From: Acidimicrobiales bacterium
Lineage (GTDB): Bacteria > Actinomycetota > Acidimicrobiia > Acidimicrobiales > Bog-793
Assembly: GCA_035533595.1 (NCBI GenBank)
Contig: DATLTN010000031.1
Coordinates: forward strand, 14,363 to 78,362
Reading direction: 5' to 3'
DNA length: 64,000 nucleotides
Shown: piece after piece, positions 52,449 to 61,091 of the stretch
Numbering within the stretch: the stretch's first letter is position 1
Layout of the letters: each line of letters opens with the position of its first letter
Position numbers and translations under genes: made by a program
Notes under the pieces: model-generated
Databases searched by the model: none
Told to the model about the DNA's origin: nothing
Seen by the model: only the letters and a program-made list of their open reading frames with translations

Positions 52449-53359
52449 ACGTCATTGAGACGCACGCCCTCGGCAAGTCCTATGGCGCGACGAGAGCGCT
52501 GCAGGACTGCACGCTCGCGATCCCCGACGGGCACGTCGCCGCGCTCGTCGGCCCGAACGGCGCCGGCAAGTCGACCCTGCTGAACCTCGCGGTCGGGCTG
52601 GCCAGCCCGACCACCGGTGAGGTGACCGTCCTCGGCGGCCGCCCCGCCGGCTCGCCGTCCGCACTCGACGGGATCGCCTTCGTCGCCCAGGACACGCCGC
52701 TCTACCAGAACCTCTCGGCGGCCGACCTGTTGCACGTGACCCGCAACCTCAACCGCCGCTTCGACGAGCGCTACGCCGAGGAGCGCCTCGGCGAGCTCGG
52801 CATCCCGCTGCGACAGAAGGCGGGGAAGCTGTCCGGGGGCCAGCTGGCCCAGCTCGCGCTGACGCTCGCGCTCGCGCGCCGGCCAAGACTGCTCGTGCTC
52901 GACGAGCCGATGGCGATGCTCGACCCGCTCGCCCGCCACGACTTCATGGCGACGGTGATGACCGCGGTCGCCGACGACGGGGTCTCGGTCGTGCTCTCCT
53001 CGCACGTGCTCGCGGAGCTCGAGCGGGTCGCCGACTACCTCGTGCTCGTCTCGCACGGGAGCGTCCAGGTGGCAGGGGAGGTCGACGATCTCCTCGCCAG
53101 CCACCGCGTGCTCATCGGCCCCTCCTCGGAGGCCGGGCGGCGTGCCGAGGACTGGAACGTCGGGCACGCCAGCCAGGCGACTGCACAGGCCCACCTCCTT
53201 GTCCGGACGCCTGCGGACGATCCGGTCCCGCCGGGATGGGAGGCGCATCCGGTCGGCCTCGAAGAGCTCGCCCTCGCCTATCTGCGCGTGCCCTCCGCCA
53301 CGGCCCTGCCGGGCCCCTCACGTACCCGCGCCGCCGAGCAGGCGGAGGCGGCGAAATGA
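52445..53359 (+). CDS. ABC transporter ATP-binding protein
   Basis: Walker A GPNGAGKST, signature LSGGQLAQ, Walker B LLVLDEPMAMLD. The GTG start overlaps the GntR stop. Confidence 0.9.
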   Translation: MNVIETHALGKSYGATRALQDCTLAIPDGHVAALVGPNGAGKSTLLNLAVGLASPTTGEVTVLGGRPAGSPSALDGIAFVAQDTPLYQNLSAADLLHVTRNLNRRFDERYAEERLGELGIPLRQKAGKLSGGQLAQLALTLALARRPRLLVLDEPMAMLDPLARHDFMATVMTAVADDGVSVVLSSHVLAELERVADYLVLVSHGSVQVAGEVDDLLASHRVLIGPSSEAGRRAEDWNVGHASQATAQAHLLVRTPADDPVPPGWEAHPVGLEELALAYLRVPSATALPGPSRTRAAEQAEAAK

Positions 53360-54414
53360 CCACGCTGAGCATGCTCGCCGCGCCGGCGAGCGACGAGGAG
53401 CAAGCGAGCGTCGCGCCACTGCCCTGGCGGCAGATGGTGTGGGTCACCTGGCGGCAGCACCGCTTGGCGTTGAGCGGCGTGGCCACGCTGCTGGGTGTGC
53501 TCGCGCTGGGCTTCTCGCTCGCCGGCGTGCACCTGCACCACGTCTATTCCGCGGCGATCGCCTGTCGACCGGCGAGCTCGTTCGCCTGCGGTGAACGGGT
53601 CAGCAGCTTCAACAACACCTTCAGCTTCCTCGCGAACGGCGTCATCCCGCAGGCGGTGCCAGTGCTGATCGGGGCCTTCCTCGGGGCGCCGGTGATCGCC
53701 CGCGAGTTCGAGACCGGCACCTACCGCTTCGCCTGGACGCAGGGCTTCGGGCGGCGGCGGTGGACGCTCGCCAAGTTGGTCCTGCTCGCCGCCACGGTGA
53801 CCGCCGCCACCGCAGCGATCAGCGTGCTCGTCTCCTGGTACTACGGGCCGTACTTCGCGACGGGCAACCAGTCCCTCTCCCTCTCGGAGATGTCCCCGTT
53901 CAACCCGGGCCTGTTCGACCTGCGCGGGGTCTCCTTGGCCGCCTGGACGCTCACCGCCTTCGCGGTCGGCGCCCTGGCCGGCACGCTCGTCCGCCGGGTC
54001 GTGCCCGCGATCGCCGCCAGCCTGGCCCTCTACGCCGGGCTCGCCTTCGGCACCGGCACGTTCCTGCGCGAGCACTACCTGACGCCGCTCGTCACGAGCC
54101 GCCTGGACCTGCCCGGCTCCGCGTGGGTCATCAACCAGCAGTGGCTCACCAGGGCGGGCCGCCCGATCAGCGAGACGGCGCTCGGCCAGATCCTCCAGCA
54201 GGGGGCACCGGCGCAGTTCGCCGGAAAGGGCGGCGTCCCGAAATCCCTCGACGCGTGGCAGTACCTCGTGCGGCACGGCTACACGCAGTTGACCACCTAC
54301 CAGCCGGCGAGCCGCTTCTGGCCATTCCAGTGGATCGAGGGCGGCTGGCTGCTTGCGCTGTCGGTGCTGCTGATCGCGACGACCGCGTGGCTGGTGCGCC
54401 GGCGGGCGGCCTGA
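53356..54414 (+). CDS. ABC transporter permease (ABC-2-like, 6 TM helices)
   Basis: Inside ORF 53236..54414, from ATG 53356 (ATGA overlap). MTTLSMLAAPASDEEQASVAPLPWRQMVWVTWRQHRLALSGVATLLGVLALGF... Confidence 0.75.
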   Translation: MTTLSMLAAPASDEEQASVAPLPWRQMVWVTWRQHRLALSGVATLLGVLALGFSLAGVHLHHVYSAAIACRPASSFACGERVSSFNNTFSFLANGVIPQAVPVLIGAFLGAPVIAREFETGTYRFAWTQGFGRRRWTLAKLVLLAATVTAATAAISVLVSWYYGPYFATGNQSLSLSEMSPFNPGLFDLRGVSLAAWTLTAFAVGALAGTLVRRVVPAIAASLALYAGLAFGTGTFLREHYLTPLVTSRLDLPGSAWVINQQWLTRAGRPISETALGQILQQGAPAQFAGKGGVPKSLDAWQYLVRHGYTQLTTYQPASRFWPFQWIEGGWLLALSVLLIATTAWLVRRRAA

Positions 54415-54463
54415 TGGGCGGCGGCCGCGGAGTCGATCTCTCTGCTCAGTTGAAAGGCACTGA

Positions 54464-55075
54464 ATGACCAGGATCCACCACCGCCGGTCCCGCACCCTCG
54501 CCGTGACTGTCGCGATCGCCGCCCTCTCGCTGCTCGCCGCCGGCTGTGGCGGGGGTGGCGCTCCCGGCGTCGCGAACGTCCCCTCCACGACGGCCCCGGG
54601 CGCGGCGGGGTCGGCCACCGCCCATCCCAGCGCGATGCTGCTCGCCGGGCGGTGCCTCCGCCGGAACGGCCTCCCCAACCTCCCGGACCCGACCATCGCC
54701 ACCGAAGGCCCCGCGAAGGGCCAGCCGGTCCTCGACAAGGCGGCCCTCCACGCCTTCCCGGACTCGGTGGTGAGCCACGCCACGCTCGTCTGCCACGCCG
54801 TCCTTGCGCAGGCCGGGATCGGCAACGGTGAGGACGTGAGGACCCCCCAGCAGATCCAGGACGGGCTCGCCTTCGCCCGCTGCGTGCGCAGCCACGGCAT
54901 CTCGAACTTCCCCGACCCGAACGGTCAGGGCCAGTTCAACCTCGCCGGCACCGGGATCAACGAGCACGCGCTCACGCCGGCCCAGCTCGCCGCGGCGCGG
55001 GCCTGCCTCTCGGCCGGCCACGGCGCCGTGCACATCCCCACGCAGGGCGGTGCCACGGCGAGCAACGGCGGATGA
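54464..55075 (+). CDS. Putative lipoprotein with an internally duplicated two-Cys domain
   Basis: Lipobox LSLLAAGC after a basic N-terminus. Two copies of RC[LV]R..G[LI].N[LF]PDP...C...L..(A)G. Confidence 0.65.
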   Translation: MTRIHHRRSRTLAVTVAIAALSLLAAGCGGGGAPGVANVPSTTAPGAAGSATAHPSAMLLAGRCLRRNGLPNLPDPTIATEGPAKGQPVLDKAALHAFPDSVVSHATLVCHAVLAQAGIGNGEDVRTPQQIQDGLAFARCVRSHGISNFPDPNGQGQFNLAGTGINEHALTPAQLAAARACLSAGHGAVHIPTQGGATASNGG

Positions 55076-55178
55076 CCGCGGCGCGAGGCGGCCTCGGACG
55101 GCCGGGGAGCGGGCGGCGGCCCGCCGATCAGACGGCGCCCGGGCGCGCGCCCGTCCTCATCCGGCGGGGGATGCTCTG

Positions 55179-55973
55179 ATGCGCGTGCTCGTCGTCGAGG
55201 ACTCGGTCGCGCTCGCGGACGTCGTCGCCGAGGGGCTGCGCGCGCACGGCATCGCGGTCGACGTCGCCTACGACGGCGTCGGCGCGGCCTGCAAGCTCGC
55301 GCTCACGAACTACCACGTCGTCGTGCTCGACCGCACCCTCCCGGGCCTCGACGGTGACGAGCTCTGCCAGCAGATCGCGAGGAACGAGAGCCGCGCGATG
55401 GTGCTCATGCTGAGCGGCGCGGTGACGCCGGACGACCGCGTCGCGGGGCTCGAGCTCGGCGCCGACGACTACCTCGGGAAGCCCTTCCACTTCCGCGAGC
55501 TGCTCCTGCGGGTGCGGGCGCTCGCGCGCCGCCAGCCCGAGGCGCGCGGCCACGTGCTGCGCTGGAACGACGTCGAGCTCGACCCGCTGCGCCACCGCGC
55601 CGTCCGCGCCGGCCGCCCGCTCGAGCTCTCGGCGAAGGAGTTCGCGGTGCTCGAGGCGCTGCTGCGCAGCAGCGCGGTGCTGAGCGCCGAGGAGCTCCTC
55701 GCGCAGGCCTGGGACGAGCACGCCGACCCCTTCACCAACACCGTCGCCGTGACGATCGGAAGGCTCCGCCAAAAGCTCGGCGCGCCACCGGTGATCGAGA
55801 CCGTGCCGCGGGTCGGCTACCGGCTGTGCGGGGCGACGCACCCCGCCACGGCCCCCCCAGCGGCCACCCCTCCCCGCAGCTCGCTCCTCCCCGGGAGGCT
55901 GGGTGCGGCCCCCGCCCCCGTGGTGCCTGCCCGCGCCGGGGCGGGAGCGAATCCTGCTGGACTCGCGCGGTGA
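55179..55973 (+). CDS. OmpR/PhoB-family response regulator (no adjacent histidine kinase)
   Basis: Inside ORF 55050..55973, from ATG 55179. MRVLVVEDS...VVVLDRTLPGLDG...MLSG...YLGKPF, then the winged helix ...LSAKEFAVLEALL...VPRVGYRL, plus a tail of about 45 aa rich in Pro/Ala. Confidence 0.85.
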   Translation: MRVLVVEDSVALADVVAEGLRAHGIAVDVAYDGVGAACKLALTNYHVVVLDRTLPGLDGDELCQQIARNESRAMVLMLSGAVTPDDRVAGLELGADDYLGKPFHFRELLLRVRALARRQPEARGHVLRWNDVELDPLRHRAVRAGRPLELSAKEFAVLEALLRSSAVLSAEELLAQAWDEHADPFTNTVAVTIGRLRQKLGAPPVIETVPRVGYRLCGATHPATAPPAATPPRSSLLPGRLGAAPAPVVPARAGAGANPAGLAR

Positions 55974-56530
55974 CCTCGTTCGACGGCCCCGCCTACCAGC
56001 AGCGGATCGACGCGCTCGCCGCTCAGGGCTCCGACGTCCACGGCGAAGCCGCCCTCGTGCGCTCGCTCTCTCCGCGCACGGTGCTCGACGCAGGCTGCGG
56101 CACCGGTCGCGTCGCGATCGAGCTCGCACGCCACGGGATCGGGGTCGTCGGCGTCGACATCGACGCCTCGATGCTCGGCGAGGCCCGCCGGAGGGCGCCC
56201 GCGCTCGAGTGGCTGCAGGGCGACCTCTGCACGCTCGCGCTCGGCCGCACCTTCGACGTCGTCGTGCTCGCGGGCAACGTCCCGCTGTTCTGCGAGGTGA
56301 GCGCCCGCCCGCAGCTCGTCACCGCCTGTGCCGCGCACGTGGCGAGCGGCGGCGCCCTCGTCGCCGGCTTGCAGCTCGACCGCGGCTACGACCTCGAGGA
56401 GTTCGACGGGGCGTGCCGCGCGAGCGGCCTCTTCCTCGCGGCGCGGTGGGCCACCTGGTCCGGCGAGCCCTTCGCCGTCGGCGGCGACTATGCCGTCTCG
56501 CTCTTCGGGCGCCCGGGGGCTCGCGTCTGA
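55970..56530 (+). CDS. Class I SAM-dependent methyltransferase
   Basis: Inside ORF 55826..56530, from GTG 55970 (GTGA overlap with the response-regulator stop). VLDAGCGTGRVAIELARHGIGVVGVDIDASML... Confidence 0.75.
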   Translation: MTSFDGPAYQQRIDALAAQGSDVHGEAALVRSLSPRTVLDAGCGTGRVAIELARHGIGVVGVDIDASMLGEARRRAPALEWLQGDLCTLALGRTFDVVVLAGNVPLFCEVSARPQLVTACAAHVASGGALVAGLQLDRGYDLEEFDGACRASGLFLAARWATWSGEPFAVGGDYAVSLFGRPGARV

Positions 56531-56566
56531 CGGGCCCCGCGCCCCCGCCGAGGGCGCGGGGCCCGT
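56530..56566. terminator. Strong bidirectional hairpin between convergent genes (14-bp stem ACGGGCCCCGCGCC / GGCGCGGGGCCCGT, 9-nt loop)
   Basis: Arms at 56530-56543 and 56553-56566, read directly, followed by cttg. Confidence 0.65.
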
Positions 56567-56570
56567 CTTG

Positions 56571-57188
56571 TCAGCTGGCGGGCAGCTCGCCCGTCATGTG
56601 GGCGATGAGCTCGGCGATGAGCGGGGCCACCTCCTCGGCGCTCGCCGCGCCGAGCAGCGAGAGCGCCTGTGAGGTGCGGCTGACGACGATGCCGGCGAGG
56701 GCCGCGGTCACGAGCTCGGCGCGCAGCGCGGGCTCGGTCAGTCCGGCGCGGCGGGCGCGCTGCTCCGCCGGCTCGGTCACCCGCTGGCGGAGCACCTCGG
56801 TCGCGGCCTCCTGCAGCTCGGGGTCCTCGTGCGGGCGGAGCGCGGCGTAGAGGGTGGGCGTGAGCCCGTTGCGACGGACCCGCTCGAGGATCTCGGCCAC
56901 CGCCCCGGCGTCGGTGAGGTCCGAGGGGGGGCGGTCCCCCGCGGTGCTGCCGAGGCGCAGGGACTCGAGGTAGAGCGCGGCCTTGCTCCCGAAGTAGCGG
57001 GCGATCAGCGTCGGGTCGAGTCCCGCCCGGCGGCCGATCTCGCGCACGGTCGTCTGCTCGTAGCCGTGCTCGGAGAAGAGCTCCGCCGCGGCGGCGACGA
57101 GGCGGTCGCGACTCTCGGCGCGGCTCCTCCCTCCGGGCTCGCGCGCGGGCGCGAGTGCAGCGGCCCCCGCGTGCTGGTCGGGGCTCAC
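56571..57188 (-). CDS. TetR/AcrR-family transcriptional regulator
   Basis: Frame of ORF 56571..58793, from GTG 57188 (GTGA overlap with the MFS stop). SRDRLVAAAAELFSEHGYEQTTVREIGRRAGLDPTLIARYFGSKAALY. Confidence 0.85.
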   Translation of the reverse strand: MSPDQHAGAAALAPAREPGGRSRAESRDRLVAAAAELFSEHGYEQTTVREIGRRAGLDPTLIARYFGSKAALYLESLRLGSTAGDRPPSDLTDAGAVAEILERVRRNGLTPTLYAALRPHEDPELQEAATEVLRQRVTEPAEQRARRAGLTEPALRAELVTAALAGIVVSRTSQALSLLGAASAEEVAPLIAELIAHMTGELPAS

Positions 57189-58741
57189 GGCCGTCCCCCC
57201 GAGCCGCGGGGCTCCCCGGCACGGGTCGCGTCGGCGAACTCCTCCGGCTCGTAGGCGATGAGCCCGGAGAGGGCGCCGTCCAGGCTCTCCTCGATCGACA
57301 GCTCCTGGTCGGGGTCGAGCGCGCTGGTGCGGCGCCGCTCCCGGCCCGGGAGGAGGGCGCTCACGAAGGCCGTGAGGAGGCACAGCCCGAGGGCGACCAG
57401 CGCCGCGTCGGTGTAGCCGACGTCGGCGGGGAAGACCGCGCCGCGGGCGGTGTGGGCGGTGAGGATCGTCGCCGCCAGCGCGCTCCCGATCGAGTAGCCG
57501 ACTGTGCGCAGCACCTGGTTGAGGGCGAGCGCCGAGGCGGTCTCGCCGGCTGGGGTGGCGCTCACGATCATCCTCGGCATCACCGCGAACGAGCTCCCGA
57601 TCCCCGCCCCGGCGATCGCCATCACCACGAAGGTCTCCCACAGCCGGCTGCGGGCGGCGGCGAAGACGACGAGGCCGACGCTGAAGAAGAGCACCCCGAG
57701 CGGCAGGAGCCTCGTCGGCGCGAGGCGACGTCCCGCGATCGTCGCCAGCTTGCTCGCGAGGAAGCTCGCCGCCGAGAGCGGCACGAGCGCGAGGCCGCCG
57801 ACCACGACCGAGGCGCCGAGGCCGTAGCTCAGCGAGGTCGGCGTCTGCACGAAGCGGATGATCATCGAGAGGAGCATGTACATCCCGACGCCGGCCATCA
57901 CCCCCGTGACGTTGGCGGTGAGCACGGTGCGGTTGCGCATCAGCTTCAGGTCGACGAGGGGGAGGTGCGTGCGCAGCTCGTGGGCGACCCAGGCGAGGAC
58001 GACCGCGAGGGAGGCCGCGGCGACGCCGAGCAGCCGAGCCGAGCCCCATCCCCACTCCCCGCCCTCGCTGATGGCGACGAGCAGCCCGGCGAGGCCCGTC
58101 CCGAGCAGCAGCGCGCCGGCGAGGTCGAAGGGCTGGGGGTCGCGGTGCATGCTCTTCGGGACGACGAGGCCCGCGAGGCCCATCGCGACGAGGCCGAGCA
58201 CGGCCGCGAGCCAGAAGCCGGCGCGGAAGTCGAAGTGCTCGGCGATCAGGCCGGTGAGCGGGTAGCCGAGGCCGACGCCCACGACGGCGGTGACCGACAG
58301 GGTGGCGAGCGTGGCGCGGGCGCGCTCGGGCTCGAGGTGGTCGCGGGCGACGCTCATCACGAGCGGGAGGAGCGAGAGACCGACCCCCTGCATCGCCCGG
58401 CCGACGAGCAGGAGCGGGAAGAGGTGCAGCGGCAGCGCGGCGAGCGCGCTCCCCACCGTGAGCACCCCGAGCGCGCCGACGAGCGTGTGCAGGCGACGGG
58501 GGCCGTCGCCGAGGCGGCCGACGACGGGGGTCGTGACGGCCCCCGTCATCAAGGTGATCGTGAGCGACCACTGCGCGGCACCGAAGGTGACGCCGTAGTC
58601 GCGGGCGATCGTCGGCACGAGGGGGGAGCCGAGACTGCTCACCACTGCGACGAGCAGCCCGACGTAGACGAGCGTCGGTACGAGCGCCCTGCCGCGGCGG
58701 GTGTCGGCCGCGACGACGAGAGGAGCGCGCTGGGTGGTCAC
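57185..58741 (-). CDS. MFS transporter, 14-TMS drug:H+ antiporter (EmrB/QacA-like)
   Basis: 518 aa. ...GSPLVPTIARDYGVTFGAAQWSLTITLMTGAVTTPVVGRLGD... Confidence 0.85.
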   Translation of the reverse strand: MTTQRAPLVVAADTRRGRALVPTLVYVGLLVAVVSSLGSPLVPTIARDYGVTFGAAQWSLTITLMTGAVTTPVVGRLGDGPRRLHTLVGALGVLTVGSALAALPLHLFPLLLVGRAMQGVGLSLLPLVMSVARDHLEPERARATLATLSVTAVVGVGLGYPLTGLIAEHFDFRAGFWLAAVLGLVAMGLAGLVVPKSMHRDPQPFDLAGALLLGTGLAGLLVAISEGGEWGWGSARLLGVAAASLAVVLAWVAHELRTHLPLVDLKLMRNRTVLTANVTGVMAGVGMYMLLSMIIRFVQTPTSLSYGLGASVVVGGLALVPLSAASFLASKLATIAGRRLAPTRLLPLGVLFFSVGLVVFAAARSRLWETFVVMAIAGAGIGSSFAVMPRMIVSATPAGETASALALNQVLRTVGYSIGSALAATILTAHTARGAVFPADVGYTDAALVALGLCLLTAFVSALLPGRERRRTSALDPDQELSIEESLDGALSGLIAYEPEEFADATRAGEPRGSGGRP

Positions 58742-58751
58742 GGCGGTCGAA

Positions 58752-58780
58752 GTCTACGGCTGATGTCATCAACTGTAGAC
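58752..58780. promoter_or_regulatory. 29-bp imperfect palindrome GTCTACggcTGATG-t-CATCAactGTAGAC just upstream of the MFS-TetR operon; candidate TetR operator
   Basis: Read directly. 12 of 14 positions per half-site are symmetric. It starts 11 nt upstream of the MFS start codon (58741). Confidence 0.5.
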
Positions 58781-58913
58781 ATCGCGCCCCCATTCAGGGC
58801 CGCCCGCTCACCGGGTCCGGCACCGCGCGAGCCCGCGGTGAGGAGCTGTCCTTTTCGGCAGATCCCGTTCGTCGTCTGCTTGTCAGCAGCCACCACCGAG
58901 AGGAAGGGCGGAG

Positions 58914-59066
58914 ATGAACAGGGGACACGGACGGATCATCGAGCGCGTGAAGGCGGCGCGGGCACGGGCGATCGTCAGGTACGTGCACGGAAAGCAGGTC
59001 GACGAGCGCTTGAAGGCGGCGCGCGAACAGGCGATCATCAGCTACGGCTACGGGAGGCGAGGCTGA
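58914..59066 (+). CDS. Possible 50-codon ORF with an internal 21-codon repeat (below the ORF-track size cut-off)
   Basis: My translation: MNRGHGRIIERVKAARARAIVRYVHGKQVDERLKAAREQAIISYGYGRRG. RBS-like gaggaagggcggag. GC3 is high. The stop is 1 nt before the YCII gene start, whose own RBS (gggagg) lies inside it. Confidence 0.4.
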   Translation: MNRGHGRIIERVKAARARAIVRYVHGKQVDERLKAAREQAIISYGYGRRG

Positions 59067-59067
59067 G

Positions 59068-59793
59068 ATGAAGTACCTCCTGTTCATCTGCGGTGGGGGC
59101 GTGCCGGCACCGGAGGACGTCGTCGTCCTGCAGCGGGAGTGCTCCCGCTGGGTCGAGGAGATGGAAGGCCGCGGCGTCAGGCTCCTCGGCAGGGAGCTCG
59201 ATCTTCCGGCGACCGCTGCGACGGTGCGCGTCCGCGACGGCGAGAGGCTCGTGGCCGACGGCCCGTTCGTCGAGACCAAGGAGTTCATCGCCGGCTTCGA
59301 CGTGCTCGAGTGCGCCGACCTCGACGAGGCGATCGAGGTGGCGGCCAAGCACCCTTCGTCCTGGTTCCGGTCGATCGAGATCCGGCCCTTCGCCGACGGC
59401 CTCGAGCTGGGCGAGGCCGCAGCGCGCTTCGCGACCGGCGACGACTCCGGCGGCACCCCCTACTGCTTGATGATGTGCCTGGACGGCATCGCCGCCGAGC
59501 CCGAGGTCGAGGAGGCGGTCGTTCGCGACGGGATCGCCTGGGGAGAGGACCTCCAACAACGGGGCCGCAAGGTGCTGGGACACCCTCTCCAGCACAAGGA
59601 CATGGCGACCACGGTGCGCGTCCGCGACGGTGAGACGCTGCTCAGCGACGGCCCCTTCGTCGAGACCAAGGAGTTCATCGGCGGGATCTCGGTGATCAGC
59701 TGCGCGGGCCGTGAGGAGGCGATCGAGATCGCGGCCGCCCATCCGCTCGCCCGACACCACATGATCGAGGTGCGCCCGTTCGTGAGCGAGTGA
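59068..59793 (+). CDS. YCII-related (DGPF) protein with two tandem YCII domains
   Basis: Two copies of ...TVRVRDGE.L..DGPFVETKEFI.G..V..CA...EAIE.AA.HP......IE.RPF.... Confidence 0.85.
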   Translation: MKYLLFICGGGVPAPEDVVVLQRECSRWVEEMEGRGVRLLGRELDLPATAATVRVRDGERLVADGPFVETKEFIAGFDVLECADLDEAIEVAAKHPSSWFRSIEIRPFADGLELGEAAARFATGDDSGGTPYCLMMCLDGIAAEPEVEEAVVRDGIAWGEDLQQRGRKVLGHPLQHKDMATTVRVRDGETLLSDGPFVETKEFIGGISVISCAGREEAIEIAAAHPLARHHMIEVRPFVSE

Positions 59794-61091
59794 CCACCTC
59801 GGCCGCGGCGGGCGCAGTCGACGCGGCGTTCCGCGAGGAGTGGGGCCGAGTCGTCGCCACGGTGATCAGGCGGACGGGTGACTGGGACCTCGCCGAGGAG
59901 TGCGCGCAGGAGGCGTTCGCGGAGGCGCTCCGGCGCTGGCCGACCGATGGCGTGCCGGAGCGCCCGGGCGCCTGGCTGACGACGGTCGCCGGCAACCGCG
60001 CGATCGACCGGTTGCGCCGAGGTGCGCGCGGCGCAGCGCTCCTCGAGCAGGCCGGCCGGGAGGCGACGCCGACGCCGCCTGGCACCGACGAGGAAGCGAT
60101 GCCAGCGCTGTTCCACGAGACCGACGAGATCGAGGACGACCGCCTGCGGCTGATCTTCACGTGCTGCCACCCCGCCCTCCCGCTGGAGGGGCGGGTGGCC
60201 CTCACCCTGCGGAGCCTCACCGGGCTCACCACGGCCGAGGTCGCCCGCGCCTTCCTCGTCCCCGAGGCGACGATGGCCAAGCGGCTCACCCGCACCAAGG
60301 CCAAGATCGTGGCAGCGGGGATCCCCTACCGGGTGCCGCCGGCGCACCTGCTGTCCGAGCGCACCGCAGGCGTGCTGGCGGTGCTGTACCTGCTGTTCAA
60401 CGAGGGCTATTCGGCCTCGTCGGGGGCCGAGCTGATCCGCAGCGGCCTCTGCGAGGAGGCGATCCGCCTCGGCCGGGCACTGCAGCAGCTGATGCCTGAC
60501 GAGCCCGAGGTGGCCGGCACGCTGGCGCTGATGCTGCTCCACCACTCGCGCCGCGAGACCCGCGTCGGGGAGGGCGGTGCCCTCGTCACCCTGGAGGAGC
60601 AGGACCGGGGCCGCTGGGACGGCGCGGAGATCGCGGAGGCGTTGGCGCTGCTCGAGGCGGCGCTGCGGCGCCGCCGAGTGGGGCCCTATCAGCTGCAGGC
60701 GGCGATCGCCGCCTGCCACGCCGGCGCGCCGAGCGCCGCCGACACCGACTGGGGTGAGATCGCCGGCCTCTACGCCCTGCTCGAGGAGCAGATGCCGTCG
60801 CCGGTCGTGCGGCTCAACCGGGCGGTGGCGGTGGCGATGGCGGGTGACCTCGGGGCCGGCCTGGCGATCGTGGATGAGCTCCGCGGCGACGTCCGCCTGG
60901 AGCGCTACTACCTGGTGGAGGCGACACGCGCGGACCTTTTGCGCCGCCGTGGTGACCGGGCCGCGGCCGCCGCCGCCTACGAGTGCGCGCTGCCCCTCGC
61001 ACCGTCAGAGGTGGAGCGCCGCTATCTATCCGGGCGGTTGAGGGAAGTCACCGCCGGCGACGGCGGGGAAGCGGGCGAGGCCGCGGGCTGA
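59790..61091 (+). CDS. ECF sigma factor with long C-terminal TPR-like extension (ECF42-type)
   Basis: Sigma-2 region FREEWGRVVATVIRRTGDWDLAEECAQEAFAEAL, sigma-4 region RVALTLRSLTGLTTAEVARAFLVPEATMAKRLTR, then an extension of about 230 aa. GTGA overlap with the YCII gene, the partner reported for ECF42. Confidence 0.85.
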   Translation: MTTSAAAGAVDAAFREEWGRVVATVIRRTGDWDLAEECAQEAFAEALRRWPTDGVPERPGAWLTTVAGNRAIDRLRRGARGAALLEQAGREATPTPPGTDEEAMPALFHETDEIEDDRLRLIFTCCHPALPLEGRVALTLRSLTGLTTAEVARAFLVPEATMAKRLTRTKAKIVAAGIPYRVPPAHLLSERTAGVLAVLYLLFNEGYSASSGAELIRSGLCEEAIRLGRALQQLMPDEPEVAGTLALMLLHHSRRETRVGEGGALVTLEEQDRGRWDGAEIAEALALLEAALRRRRVGPYQLQAAIAACHAGAPSAADTDWGEIAGLYALLEEQMPSPVVRLNRAVAVAMAGDLGAGLAIVDELRGDVRLERYYLVEATRADLLRRRGDRAAAAAAYECALPLAPSEVERRYLSGRLREVTAGDGGEAGEAAG

